The notes: generated by a model from the letters alone, not told the origin. Positions 38,997 through 49,681 are shown, counted from the first letter of the stretch. The stretch: DNA of 64,000 nt from Candidatus Bathyarchaeia archaeon (GCA_050010755.1 JBEKKK010000001.1:416001-480000); one strand, 5' to 3'. Translations and numbers: made by a program.

Positions 38997-40292
38997 GTGG
39001 GAGGGTTGTGGATGCCTAGGAATTATTGGGGTGAGATTAAGGATCCTGTGCACGGGTACGTGTACATTACTGAGGAGGAGAGAGGCCTTATCGATTCTTA
39101 TCCTGTTCAGAGGCTGCATAGGCTGCGGCAGCTTGCGGGGGCGGAGTATGTTTATCCTGGGGCGAACCACACGCGTTTTGAGCATTCGGTCGGCGTGATG
39201 TACTTGGCGAGCAGGGTGGTTGAGAATCCCAACATTTCGCAGTACGTTAGGGAGGATGAGGCGGAGATGGTGAGGATGGCGGGTTTGCTTCACGATGTGG
39301 GGCACGGGCCGTTCTCGCATGTTTTTGAGCCGCTGTTGGAGAGAGAGTTGAACAAGACGCATGAGGACATCACTCTGTGGCTGGTTAAGAACAGCGAACT
39401 GAAGGACAGGCTGGAAGGGGTGGGTTGCAGGGCGGAGGATGTTGCTAAGCTGGCGGTTGGCAGGCTTCACAGGCCCGGAAAGGCTTTCTTGGATCAGATA
39501 ATAAGCAGCGCCGTGGATGTTGACAAGCAGGATTTCATTGTGCGCGATAGTTACCATACGGGGGCTGAGTACGGTTTCATCGACGTTTCTAGGCTGATCC
39601 ACACGTTGGACGTGTTGGAGGGTGACTTGGCCGTCGATTTGGGCGCGTTGTCGGCGCTTGAGTCTCTGATAATAGCTCGAATGGAGTCGTTCAGGAGTAT
39701 ATACTTTCACCGTGTTGGCAGGGCGGCGCAGATCATGCTTTCAATGGCGATGGAAAAGGCAAACGATGAGCTCGGCTTGACGAGTTTCAAGACTCCGGAG
39801 GAGTACTTGGCCATGGACGATTACACGGTTTGGGCGATGTTGAAAAACTGCAAAAAATCAAGCGCCATCATAAGAAACCTTGAGAGGCGAAAGATGTTGA
39901 AGTGCGCTTACGAGAGGACGTTCTACGAGAAGGACACGGTGGTTTCTAACATTTTCAGCCGTGAAGCCAACAGAACGCAGTTGCAGGCCGAGATCGCAAG
40001 AGAAGCCAAGCTCAGGGCAGAAGCGGTTTTCATCGATGTCCCGACTGTTCCCTCCGTTCCGAATCATCACTCGGTGTTGATGGAGAGCTTTGAGATTCCC
40101 GTGTTTTACAGGACGGCGAAGGGCGAGAAGGTTCCGCAGAGGCTGAGCGAGATTTCCAAGATTTTCGAAACGCTGAAGGGTTTCATGAACATAATGCGCG
40201 TCTACACGGGAGAAGAGAACAGGGAAAGGGTGAGCGCGGCCGCGTCGAAGATTCTGGGAGAGATTCCGTCGTCAGCGACAATATCTTATTGA
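38997..40292 (+). CDS. HD-domain phosphohydrolase (SAMHD1/YdhJ-like dNTPase)
   Basis: DPVHGY, QRL.RLRQL, YPGANHTRFEHS, LLHDVGHGPFSH, DVDK.D...RDS. Confidence 0.93.
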   Translation: MGGLWMPRNYWGEIKDPVHGYVYITEEERGLIDSYPVQRLHRLRQLAGAEYVYPGANHTRFEHSVGVMYLASRVVENPNISQYVREDEAEMVRMAGLLHDVGHGPFSHVFEPLLERELNKTHEDITLWLVKNSELKDRLEGVGCRAEDVAKLAVGRLHRPGKAFLDQIISSAVDVDKQDFIVRDSYHTGAEYGFIDVSRLIHTLDVLEGDLAVDLGALSALESLIIARMESFRSIYFHRVGRAAQIMLSMAMEKANDELGLTSFKTPEEYLAMDDYTVWAMLKNCKKSSAIIRNLERRKMLKCAYERTFYEKDTVVSNIFSREANRTQLQAEIAREAKLRAEAVFIDVPTVPSVPNHHSVLMESFEIPVFYRTAKGEKVPQRLSEISKIFETLKGFMNIMRVYTGEENRERVSAAASKILGEIPSSATISY

Positions 40293-40299
40293 AGCGTGC

Positions 40300-40722
40300 G
40301 TGCCGAGAATGCGGTCTTTAACGTTTAAGGGCAGAGGAATCGTGGAGGGAACTCGGACGGCAGAGGCCCTGGTGAGCATTAAGCCCATCAGCTTTCTGGG
40401 CGGAGTGGACCCGGCTGACGGAAAGATAATCGAGAAGAAGCATGATCTCTGCGGCACGTGCATTAAAGACAAGATTCTGGTCTTTCCGCACGGTCACGGG
40501 TCAACGGTGGGCAGCTACGTAATGTACTCGCTGGCCAAGAAAGGCCTAGGCCCCGCGGCAATCATCAACCAAACAGCCGACCCCGTCGTCGTGGTAGGCG
40601 CAATAATAGCCAACATTCCAATGATTGATCAGGTGGACATCGGAAAATTCAGAACGGGCGACACCGTCGAAGTTGACGGAAGCAAGGGCGTCGCGAGAAT
40701 CTTGAAGCGCAGGGAGAGCTGA
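40300..40722 (+). CDS. Aconitase X small (swivel) subunit, DUF126
   Basis: ISFLGGVDP..G.I....H...G..I..K.LVFP.G.GSTVGSY. Confidence 0.9.
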   Translation: MPRMRSLTFKGRGIVEGTRTAEALVSIKPISFLGGVDPADGKIIEKKHDLCGTCIKDKILVFPHGHGSTVGSYVMYSLAKKGLGPAAIINQTADPVVVVGAIIANIPMIDQVDIGKFRTGDTVEVDGSKGVARILKRRES

Positions 40723-40728
40723 AACGGC

Positions 40729-41895
40729 GTGCAGTTGACGCGAGAGGAAGAGCGCATCTACGATGGCGAGCGCGGGTGGGCGAATCAGACTTGCATGAAA
40801 ATTCTGGTGCGGTTGGGCGAGCTGTTCGGCGCAGAGAAACTTATACCGATAGATTCCGCGCATGTTTCTGGAGTTTCATACAAAACCTTGGGGGACGCCC
40901 CGATCGAGTTCTTGAGAACCCTGGCAGATTCTGACGGGAGAGTGAAAGTCAGGACGACTTTGAACCCGCAGAGCCTCGACTCGCAATACCTCAGAAAGAA
41001 AGTTGAAGAGAGTCTTCAGGAACCGCAGCTTGATATTTTGAGACAGTTTGAGAGAATGGGCTTGACACAGTCTTTGACGTGTACGCCGTATTACTTGCAC
41101 AGGTTGGCGCGGGGTTCGCATCATGCGTGGGCCGAGTCCTCAGCTGTCGTTTACGCTAATTCTGTTCTGGGCGCGTGGACTAACCGTGAAGGTGGACCTA
41201 GCGCGCTTGCAGCGGCGATAATTGGGAAAACGCCTGATTATGGAATTCACAGGGCGGGGAACAGGCGGCCAAACGTCACGGTGAAGGTTGAGGCCAAACT
41301 GACAGATCCAACGAAACTGGGGGCCCTAGGAATATTTTTGGGCAAAACGCTGGGAGACAAAATCCCCACGATAACAGGTCTGCCAAACACATCTAGGGAC
41401 GATTTGAAGCAGCTCTGCGCCGCCATCGCCACGACGGGAATGACGAACATGTTTCACACAGGCTCTAAAACGACGACGGAAGGAGCGGAAAGGATCTGTG
41501 TGGACTCGGATCAGATTGAGCGGACAATCGAGGAGCTTTCCGGTGGAACTGGTAAGCCTGATCTTGTATTTTTGGGGTGTCCACACTGTTCGTTGGATGA
41601 GATGAGACGGATCGCAGAGCTTATTGAAGGGAAGAGGGTTAGGGCCAGCGTGGAGTTTTGGGTCTGCACTTCCTGTCACGTGAGACGAGCAGCCGCCGCA
41701 TATGTGAAGAGGATTGAAGAGGCTGGAGGGCACGTGTTGGACGGCGTGTGCACGGTTGTCTCCTGGACTGAGAAGCTAGGGATAAGGACGATAATGACCA
41801 ACTCGGCGAAAACAGCCTATTATGCCCCTACGTTGAACAAGGCAGAAGCCGTGTTGGCGCCGATGGAAGATTGCCTGGAATCAACACTTCGATAA
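40729..41895 (+). CDS. Aconitase X catalytic subunit, DUF521 (candidate phosphomevalonate dehydratase)
   Basis: AHVSGVSY, TCTPY, WAESSA..YANS..GA.TNREGG, GCPHCS, TNSAK.A.Y. Confidence 0.9.
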   Translation: MQLTREEERIYDGERGWANQTCMKILVRLGELFGAEKLIPIDSAHVSGVSYKTLGDAPIEFLRTLADSDGRVKVRTTLNPQSLDSQYLRKKVEESLQEPQLDILRQFERMGLTQSLTCTPYYLHRLARGSHHAWAESSAVVYANSVLGAWTNREGGPSALAAAIIGKTPDYGIHRAGNRRPNVTVKVEAKLTDPTKLGALGIFLGKTLGDKIPTITGLPNTSRDDLKQLCAAIATTGMTNMFHTGSKTTTEGAERICVDSDQIERTIEELSGGTGKPDLVFLGCPHCSLDEMRRIAELIEGKRVRASVEFWVCTSCHVRRAAAAYVKRIEEAGGHVLDGVCTVVSWTEKLGIRTIMTNSAKTAYYAPTLNKAEAVLAPMEDCLESTLR

Positions 41896-41902
41896 GCGCG
41901 CG

Positions 41903-42170
41903 CTATTTACTGGAACGTTCTTGGCGATACAAGTGTATTGCCTTCTGGAGTAGCTCTTTAACGGTTTGACCTGTATCGCCAGTTGAACTGGGTTGTGTTG
42001 GATTCTTCTTTTCAAGAATGTATTGTTCCGCGCGGTCTCGCAGTTGTGGAAAATCATCAAGCATAGACTTCGAGACGTCCCAACGGATTTCAGTCGTATC
42101 CGGCGGTGTATTGTCTCGCAATATACGCTTCACCCCAATAGTAATACGGTCACCCTGAAATTTAAGCATT
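41903..42170 (-). CDS. Hypothetical protein
   Basis: Coding-like 3' part of ORF 41903-42388 starting near MLKFQG; start uncertain. Confidence 0.35.
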
Positions 42171-42463
42171 ATGTATACTTGTAGTACAATTAAAGGAAAA
42201 AGATACAGTTCATCCGAGAGAGCCCGCAACGCAGACTTAAGAGCGTGAGCTGGAATAGAATAGCTTTGCGCGCGCGGGGGCACCGTCCACTCCTGTGTGG
42301 GCAACATAGTCACATACGTGCCTACATTATGTGGATCCATTGCATCAGATGTGTGTGAAAGAAAATGGAGGGGCGACCGGCTCGCCACGGAAAATCCCGC
42401 GCTCGCTGACGTAAACGCTTATTGGAATGATGAGCCTGAATTCTGGCGGGGTTCGGTTGCAAA

Positions 42464-43330
42464 ATGCCTTACTGTAGAAAGTGTGGTGCAGAGTTGGCTG
42501 CCGACGCTAATTTTTGTTCGAAGTGCGGAACGCCAGTTGCACAGGCGCAGGCGGTTCCTGCGAGTCAGCATCAGACTTTTAAAGTATCGGGAAAGCCGAG
42601 ACTGGTCGTGGTGAATCGTTCTCCGGGAAAGGTTGATGTCAGGCCTGGTGCCGACGGCGAAGTCACAGTTGACCTCCAGCTAAGAGAGCCAGATGATGTT
42701 GAGTGCAGTGTTTCACAGAGTGGCAGCACAGTCACGGTCAGGTGCCGAGCGTTGGTTCATCCCTTCAGATGGCCGCGTTACTTCGGTTCTGGCGGACCGA
42801 GATCCGACATCTCAGTCTTAGTTCCCAAAGAATCGGAAGTGCACGTAGAAGCCAGCCTCGATCAAGTTACTGTTGACGGAATCAAGGGCGAAGTAAACGT
42901 TGACACTTCCATCGCAAAGATCTACATCGCAAACGTTGAAGGCAAAGTTCACGCAAAAGCACGAACAGGCCAAATCGAAATATCGAACGTCAACGGCACA
43001 GTCACGGTTGAAAACAAAACGGGACCAGTAACCCTTGAAAACACAAACGGCACAGTCTCAATTCAAAACAGGATGGGCCCAATAAAGTTCTCCGGCTCCT
43101 TGTCAACAACTGAAAACTGGTTCAGAACAAGAATGGGCTCGATAGAACTCCAGCTAACCGGAAACCCTGACCTCACGGTAGAAGCCTACACGCACCTTGG
43201 ATCGGTCACGCCATCCCCAGACATCGCCGATTGGCATTATGAACGAGGCCGATACGTAGGCCGCATCGGATCAGGAACAGGCAAACTCCTAATCGAAACC
43301 AGAACAGGCTCTGTAGACATTCACCGCTAA
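42464..43330 (+). CDS. Zinc ribbon plus DUF4097 beta-strand repeat protein
   Basis: YCRKCG......NFCSKCG; repeated G.V.....G.I units. Confidence 0.85.
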   Translation: MPYCRKCGAELAADANFCSKCGTPVAQAQAVPASQHQTFKVSGKPRLVVVNRSPGKVDVRPGADGEVTVDLQLREPDDVECSVSQSGSTVTVRCRALVHPFRWPRYFGSGGPRSDISVLVPKESEVHVEASLDQVTVDGIKGEVNVDTSIAKIYIANVEGKVHAKARTGQIEISNVNGTVTVENKTGPVTLENTNGTVSIQNRMGPIKFSGSLSTTENWFRTRMGSIELQLTGNPDLTVEAYTHLGSVTPSPDIADWHYERGRYVGRIGSGTGKLLIETRTGSVDIHR

Positions 43331-43408
43331 AGATTCCTGAAGAGAGCCCGAAAACATTCACGAAGCAGGCGCTAATGGAAAGATATCTGAGCAGTCGATG
43401 AATCTTGC

Positions 43409-43666
43409 TTACGGTGCGTCGCTGGTGACGTTTTCTGTCTTTTTCTTGCGCGGCTTATAAAGAACACCTGCAATGAACAACACAATCCCAACGATGGGTA
43501 ATACGAGTGCAACTTCTTGACCTCTTGCAAAATAGAGGACAAGGCCCACAACAATTAGTATTCCCCCAATTCCAAGGAGTCGCCCTTTGTTTGTTTGATA
43601 ATAATCTTTCCAGTCCACCACTTTTCCCACCTCCTCCCTCGTCGCTTCCAATCTTGCTACTTCCAC
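43409..43666 (-). CDS. Small two-TM protein
   Basis: Two TM helices and a KPRKKK tail; the start is probably a GTG near 43621-43630. Confidence 0.6.
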   Translation of the reverse strand: MEVARLEATREEVGKVVDWKDYYQTNKGRLLGIGGILIVVGLVLYFARGQEVALVLPIVGIVLFIAGVLYKPRKKKTENVTSDAP

Positions 43667-44397
43667 TTTGTTAGTATTTCCTCTCGTTGAAAAGCTGCTG
43701 TACCTACGAAATAAAGAGCGATATCAATTGCGAAAAGGATACCTGAGATTATGAGAATCCCGCTTATGTCTAGACTTATTATGCGTATTTCGCTAGCCAA
43801 ATAAATTGCTAACAATGGCAATAAAATTAGTATCCCAGAACCATTAGCGCTGCGTACGTCATTAGCTCTCGATGAGACAATAACGCTGTATAGCACGCTC
43901 ATAACAACAGCGACGGGAACTAGGATCAGCAGCAAAACACCAAAAGTCCAATTTGGAAAATAATTATAGCCAAGCTTCCCGAAAGTCACTGCATCAACGC
44001 CAACCATAAAAACTGTCGCTCCAGCATACATTGCAGCTAAAGTTGGCAACACTGCAGCAATTGCTTTTCCAAGCAAAATCTCCCCGTCAGTAAGAGGAGT
44101 AGCGAGGAGCGGTTCTAAACTCTTCTCAATTTTTTCGCCGACTATGCTATAAGAAGCAATTCCTAATGGAATGTACGCCGCTCCAATGACAATAAAGAAT
44201 GAAAATGAATTTAATAGGTTTGGAAGATTTGCAGTTGTGAGGAGCCCGGCGTTTCGATGTCCAGCAAACTCTAGTATGGCTGGAAAGAGAACTGAAATTA
44301 TAATGGGAAAAACGATAATTGAGTACAGAATATTTTTCTGATGCCTAAATATTTTAAAATCTCTTGAGGCAACAAGCCATGCTTTTGACAATCTCAT
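43657..44397 (-). CDS. ABC-2 transporter permease
   Basis: SIVGEK.EKSLEPLLATP.T..E.LLGK; F.RE.IL..WK. Confidence 0.9.
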   Translation of the reverse strand: MRLSKAWLVASRDFKIFRHQKNILYSIIVFPIIISVLFPAILEFAGHRNAGLLTTANLPNLLNSFSFFIVIGAAYIPLGIASYSIVGEKIEKSLEPLLATPLTDGEILLGKAIAAVLPTLAAMYAGATVFMVGVDAVTFGKLGYNYFPNWTFGVLLLILVPVAVVMSVLYSVIVSSRANDVRSANGSGILILLPLLAIYLASEIRIISLDISGILIISGILFAIDIALYFVGTAAFQREEILTKWK

Positions 44398-45314
44398 GCG
44401 GACTCCCTCACAAGCTTCAAATAGGTATCTTCCAAAGTCGAACCCACAACGTTAATGGCCCGCACGTGACCGCCAGCCAGCACGAGGGATTCTACGACTG
44501 GCGAATTCTCTTTATCAGGATCCACCACATCAAACGTTACCTTGTTGCCGTCAACAGTGAGGTTTCTAAGCGACAACTTCTTTAAAGAGTTTAAAACGGC
44601 ATCGTTGACTTGCTCCAATGTGATAACTGTGCTTCTGCCATGAACAGATCGTTCAAGTTCATCAGGAGTGCCTATTGCCCGAAGCTTCGTGTTCAGAATA
44701 GCTATTTTATCACATATCCTCTGGGCCTCATCGAGGTTGTGGGTGTTTAAGAAAATGGTTTTCTTCTGCTTTTTCAACTCAAGAATGAACTCCCTGACCG
44801 TCTTGGCAGACTCAGGATCCAAATTGACTGTTGGCTCATCCAAGAACAGTACTTGTGGGTCATGGATAAGTGCGCGTGCAATGGCCAGTTTCTGCTTCAT
44901 ACCCTTCGAAAAGGTACCGGCCAAAACGTTCCGCTTTTCCCACAACCCTAACATTTCCAGGAAACGCTGAATGTTCCGTTTCCTCTCAGCATCTCCAAGA
45001 TCGTATATTTTACCGTAAAAATCCAAGTTATCATAAGCGCTCAAGTGTTCAGATAGTCCGACGTTGTCAGGAACTAGACCGATGATTTTACGGATTTTAA
45101 CCGAGTCTTCCTTATTCCCTATCTCATAACCGCCTACGGTTGCGTTCCCACTACTTTTCGATATCAAACAGCAAAGCATCCTCACGGTGGTGGTTTTCCC
45201 CGCACCATTCGGCCCGAGAAAACCGAAAACTTCACCTTCATCAACTTGCAAGGTAAGGTTGTCTACGGCTGTTAAGTCTCCAAATTTTTTGGTCAGGCCA
45301 TCAGTTTCTATCAA
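44394..45314 (-). CDS. ABC-2 transporter ATP-binding protein
   Basis: GPNGAGKTT, FSKGMKQK, LDEP, H-loop. Confidence 0.95.
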   Translation of the reverse strand: MIETDGLTKKFGDLTAVDNLTLQVDEGEVFGFLGPNGAGKTTTVRMLCCLISKSSGNATVGGYEIGNKEDSVKIRKIIGLVPDNVGLSEHLSAYDNLDFYGKIYDLGDAERKRNIQRFLEMLGLWEKRNVLAGTFSKGMKQKLAIARALIHDPQVLFLDEPTVNLDPESAKTVREFILELKKQKKTIFLNTHNLDEAQRICDKIAILNTKLRAIGTPDELERSVHGRSTVITLEQVNDAVLNSLKKLSLRNLTVDGNKVTFDVVDPDKENSPVVESLVLAGGHVRAINVVGSTLEDTYLKLVRESA

Positions 45315-45527
45315 CGCAGTTACTCCTTAGGTCAGACGGTGTGATATCTTGGTAGATAGCTAATTTTCCTTAAATAACATTCCATATGAACAATTTTCGG
45401 GTCTGGAGGGCGCGCTTGCACGCTGGGGACTTCAAATGAAAGAAGTGAGACGAATGAAGGTGTGCTGTTTTGGCGCAGGGTTCCATTTGCACATGCTTTG
45501 AAGGTGGCGCGCTGTTCTTAGATGGCT

Positions 45528-48452
45528 CTAATGTTGTGGGTTGATATGATCGCTCATCAATAGCGCGCGCCAGCTACTTGGCGCGTCGGGTGATTGTTTC
45601 TTTTTTCTGCTGGGTGTACTTGCGTCTATTCCGATGAACATGAGCAGTAACGCGGCTGCTAAGAGGCCGAGCGCTATGGCTCCCGCCAGGTCGAAACTTG
45701 GTTTGGACAGGATCGACGTCGGGAGGGTTGATGAGACAGTTACGTAGTTTCCGGTGAGACTGCCAGGGCCTGTGACTGTCAGGGTTCCGTTCTGAAGGGT
45801 TGATAGTCCGGAGGTTGAGTTCCATGTGTACTGTTTGCTCGTGTTGACGGTTAGTGGTGAGGCGAATGAGAAGCTGTGGTTTGATTGGTTGTCCCACCAG
45901 AAGATGGAGGGCAACGCGTCAAGAGTGTAGTTGGAACCGTCCACAGTCGCAACAGTGCCCGTGAAGTCTGAGCCTACACCCTGCTGGCCAATCGTCACCT
46001 CGAATTGAGTTTTCCAGGTCCACGTTATGGTCGAGTTTGAGGCTATTGCAAAAGGTACGGATGTGCCAGTACCGGAAGCTGGGACGCTTCCTGAGCCTGT
46101 CCAACCTGTACAAACGTATTGAGTGCCCGTTCCGCCCGAGACTGGCGAGGTCACGGATTCTGTGATATCCATTCCGGAGTTGAAGAAGCCGCTAGGGGGA
46201 GAAGGTGAACCGTGGGCAGAAGCAACCGTCAGGTAGAATTGTGTGGGCGGGGGCTTCACGACTCGGGTTGTCGTGCTTTTGGAAATCTCGCTCAAGTCTG
46301 TCTGGGCTGGCGGCGGGGTCACCGTGGCCGTCAAGATGTAAGTTCCAGCGGAAACGCTTGTTGTGTTCCAAGTGAAGGTGAGCGTCGTTGTGTTGCCGAC
46401 GCTGAGCGAAAGTAGAGTTTGGGGGGTTCCGATCAAAGTTCCATTTGCGGTGGCGTTCACAACGACCGACGTTTCTGTTACTGTTCCATTATTCAGAACT
46501 GCAACATCGATTGGCACCTCGACGCCTTGCGTCACGCTTGCGTTGGCGGACACGCTGACCACGATAACATCGTGGCTAGCTGTCAATGTTAGAATAATGG
46601 TGTCGTTGCTTGGAAGGTTGTTTGAGTCTCCGCTGAAGCTTGCAGTGATGTTAACGGAGCCAGAGCTGATGTCGATATAAGTAGTTGAGCAAGATCCTTT
46701 GGAAAGAGTCGAGATAGTCGGGCTGAACGAACCTGTGCTGCTGCTTGTGCTCCACGTCACTTTGCCCGTGGGGCTGGAGCCTGTAACAGTTGCAGTGCAC
46801 GTGATTGGCGAGTTTACGTGTCCAGGGTTGGGCGAACAGACGATAGAAGTGGAAGAGCGTGTGAGCGTTGATGCGAATGCTATGGAAACATTCACGCCAG
46901 TTCCTCTCACGAGAACACTTCCACTTGCTGGCGAGGCTGCGAAGCCTGTGGGACCTGTGACTGAGTAGGAATAGGTGCCGTTCTGCGCCTCGAATGTAAT
47001 GGTGCTCGTAGTTGAAGACGATTGAGAACCGTTAAACGTCACACTCCAAGACGTGTCCGAAGATAAACCAGTCTCAGTGAAACTCACCGAATAAGTCACA
47101 GCCGCAGTGAAGTTAACGGCAACAGTCACGTTCGCGTTACTTACAGTGACAGTTCCAGAAGACGGAGAACCCGAAAAGCCGCTAAGAGTCCCAACCGTGT
47201 ACGGATAACCGCCGTTCGCCACCCCCGTAAACGTAATACTACTGGTCGTTGAAGACCCAGGCGACCCGTTGAACATCACACTCCAAGATGTACCCGAAGG
47301 CAAACCAGTCTCAGTGAAATTCACGACAAAGGTTACGCCCGTCACAAAGTTTGCGGTTATGTTGCCTGGTCCACTGATTGTGGCTGTCGTGGAGGACGCG
47401 GATGCGTTTGCGACTGTTATGGAGCCGGTAGTCGTCCACGAGGAGAACACGAAACCAGAGTTCGCCTCGGCCGATATCGGGAGCGATCCAGCAGTCTCGT
47501 TTACATTTGTTCCGGAGGGTGTGGTTGTTCCGGCTCCTGAAGGACTGACGGCGAAAGACACTCGGTACTGAGTCTCATAGGAGCCTGTCACTGTCTCGTT
47601 CGATGAAACCGTCAAGGGCGAAGAAGCGTTGACGCCTGTGTTCTGGAATTGTTCGCCTGTGGTGCTGCTTGCCACAGTGGTCTGATAGGAATAGACTAGC
47701 GTGTCTCCGGAGTTAACCAATGTGCTGTACGGTAACTGGCTCAAGGTTTCCGCAGTCCCGTTGACTGTCACAACCGTTCCTGAAGCCGAACTGTCTAACC
47801 CAGTTTGAGTGAATGTGATCTGATTTTTCGCTTGGACAACGCCGCTGCTGAACGTGTACGTGCAGTTGCCATAGTTGAATCCTCCCTCGACGACGCCATA
47901 TTGATCAAAACCGGAGGAAAGGTTTGGGTCCCATTGGATGATGTTTGAGAGTGAGCCGCCCGGCGGGGGAGCCTGCGTGATGTTAAATTCTACGATGAAG
48001 AGACTGCCAACGTCGATTGTGGCTAGTTGCAAACCCAAAATTGTTTCGCCACAACCGTAAGGCTCACCTACGGTCCCATCCGTGTTGTTCCAGACTACAG
48101 GCTCTTGAACGAGGCTGGCCACGGGAATACCTAAAGTTTGCATCCACAGACTTTCTTTGCCCCCTGAGCCGCTGTATGTTGCCGTCACCACTTGGAGCTG
48201 TGTCGGGTCGAAAAACAGTGCGGCATCCCAACCAGAGCTGTTGTCGGGCGCATCGATCCAACCGGTTACATTGAATAGTGTCCCCACTGAGGCATTGCTG
48301 GTGCTGAAAGTTTCAGTGCTGGGATCAAGGTACAGTGAAGGTTGGGGGGGCTGAGCCTTAACGCCTGAGAGAACAATCAGCATTATTCCCATAATCATTG
48401 CTACTGCAAGGACAACAGCGGCAAGCTTTCTCAATTTCTTATTCATACCCAT
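45528..48452 (-). CDS. Large membrane-anchored surface glycoprotein: cohesin-like N-domain, Ig-like repeats, CARDB, C-terminal TM
   Basis: Signal peptide; LYLDP...VGTLFNV...GWD..L.FDP..LQV...GSLF.VEF.I; FTETGL.S.TSWSV repeats; V.NNG..E...FTWNTT....G.Y...A; C-terminal TM and basic tail. Confidence 0.8.
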   Translation of the reverse strand: MGMNKKLRKLAAVVLAVAMIMGIMLIVLSGVKAQPPQPSLYLDPSTETFSTSNASVGTLFNVTGWIDAPDNSSGWDAALFFDPTQLQVVTATYSGSGGKESLWMQTLGIPVASLVQEPVVWNNTDGTVGEPYGCGETILGLQLATIDVGSLFIVEFNITQAPPPGGSLSNIIQWDPNLSSGFDQYGVVEGGFNYGNCTYTFSSGVVQAKNQITFTQTGLDSSASGTVVTVNGTAETLSQLPYSTLVNSGDTLVYSYQTTVASSTTGEQFQNTGVNASSPLTVSSNETVTGSYETQYRVSFAVSPSGAGTTTPSGTNVNETAGSLPISAEANSGFVFSSWTTTGSITVANASASSTTATISGPGNITANFVTGVTFVVNFTETGLPSGTSWSVMFNGSPGSSTTSSITFTGVANGGYPYTVGTLSGFSGSPSSGTVTVSNANVTVAVNFTAAVTYSVSFTETGLSSDTSWSVTFNGSQSSSTTSTITFEAQNGTYSYSVTGPTGFAASPASGSVLVRGTGVNVSIAFASTLTRSSTSIVCSPNPGHVNSPITCTATVTGSSPTGKVTWSTSSSTGSFSPTISTLSKGSCSTTYIDISSGSVNITASFSGDSNNLPSNDTIILTLTASHDVIVVSVSANASVTQGVEVPIDVAVLNNGTVTETSVVVNATANGTLIGTPQTLLSLSVGNTTTLTFTWNTTSVSAGTYILTATVTPPPAQTDLSEISKSTTTRVVKPPPTQFYLTVASAHGSPSPPSGFFNSGMDITESVTSPVSGGTGTQYVCTGWTGSGSVPASGTGTSVPFAIASNSTITWTWKTQFEVTIGQQGVGSDFTGTVATVDGSNYTLDALPSIFWWDNQSNHSFSFASPLTVNTSKQYTWNSTSGLSTLQNGTLTVTGPGSLTGNYVTVSSTLPTSILSKPSFDLAGAIALGLLAAALLLMFIGIDASTPSRKKKQSPDAPSSWRALLMSDHINPQH

Positions 48453-48739
48453 TCATCCATTCGCGCGCGTATTCTCCCTTAACTGGCATTCAACTTCAAA
48501 AGTGTCGATGGTTCCACTTGACAATTCGAGTCCCGTCTTCTCCTAGAATTTGGTTCCGAAGGACGACTCTTAAACCTTGTTGTAGAATCTTATATAACAA
48601 AACTCTGTAAGAAACTTCTAGCCTGCGCTATAGAAAGCGTTCACGGAAGCGAAATTCGACTCTCGCATACCCTTCACCCAGATGGAGACCTTATTGCTAC
48701 AAACCTATTTCAACAATGAACGTGACATGTTTTGTTTGG

Positions 48740-49111
48740 ATGCGTGAACATGGACCAGCTGAGTTCGGCTGGATAAAAGTAAACGGAGTCAAGTACGAAA
48801 AAGACATCATCATACACACCGATGGCACGATAACCAAAAGATAGAAGAAAAAATCTAAAGACCTAAAACCGAAGTACGGTCACACTCCCCTCTCCGAACG
48901 CGAACTCACATTCCTCGAGGAAGAAAAACCCGACGTAATCCACATCGGAACCGGCCACCAAGGGAGCATTACCTATCACACCCAAAGCTCAACAAATCCT
49001 AAAAAAATACGAAACCATCATTCTCCCCACCCCGAGGCAATCGAGAAAATAGACCAAGACGACCGCAAACTCACCGCACTAATACACGTCGCGCGCGCTA
49101 AGAAGAGATAA
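48740..49111 (+). pseudogene. Mth938/DUF498-like gene with an in-frame TAG and frameshifts
   Basis: FGWIKVNGVKYEKDIIIH.DG.ITKR*KKKS...YGHTPLS...PDVIHIGTG, then a frameshift, then ALPIT...ALIHV. Confidence 0.8.
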
Positions 49112-49228
49112 AATAAATAGAGGCGGGCTTTGAATATGTTCGCTACAGCGAAAAGACGACGTTGCCATAAACTGCAAGCGAAAGTAGGCGCTCCGTACTA
49201 TGGCACGAGCAGCAGTAGTATAACTCAG

Positions 49229-49303
49229 GCTCCGGTAGTATAGCTCGGTTAAGTATTCCGGCCTTTCGAGCCGGAGACCCGGGTCCAAATCCCGGCCGGA
49301 GCA
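49229..49303 (+). tRNA. tRNA-Glu(TTC)
   Basis: GCTCCGG/CCGGAGC acceptor, CCGGC-CT TTC GA-GCCGG anticodon arm, CCGGG TCCAAAT CCCGG T-arm. Confidence 0.93.
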
Positions 49304-49324
49304 CCTCAGATTGATAAGGGCAGT

Positions 49325-49640
49325 TTATCCTATGTTTTTTTCGTAGGCTACGTCTTTCTTTGCGACTTTGAAGCCGACCTTCTCGTATAGCTGCATAGCT
49401 TTGGTCACGTTCCAGTCATCTACTCCCAGCATCCCAACGGTCATGCCCTTAGCCTTCTGCAGGTTCATCCAACTCAGCGATGAATCTGCCTTCAGAATCA
49501 AAATCAGGCGACCTCTCCAATTTCCTCATCTCCTCTGCCAACGTTGGCGCATTATCCAAGCGCGCAGCGAGAACGGCATTCCGCACCTTAAGCCAGTCCT
49601 CCTCATCAATCCCCAGAACGAAGCGCCTAACCTTCAGCAA
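49325..49640 (-). pseudogene. GNAT acetyltransferase with a large internal deletion
   Basis: N-terminal LKVRRFVLG.DEE.W...FDSEGRFIAELD joined out of frame to C-terminal KGMT..MLGVDD.N.TKA..LYEKVGF. Confidence 0.75.
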
Positions 49641-49681
49641 CCAGCCTCCTCCAAGTCTTCCAAAACGACTCAGCGCGCACA

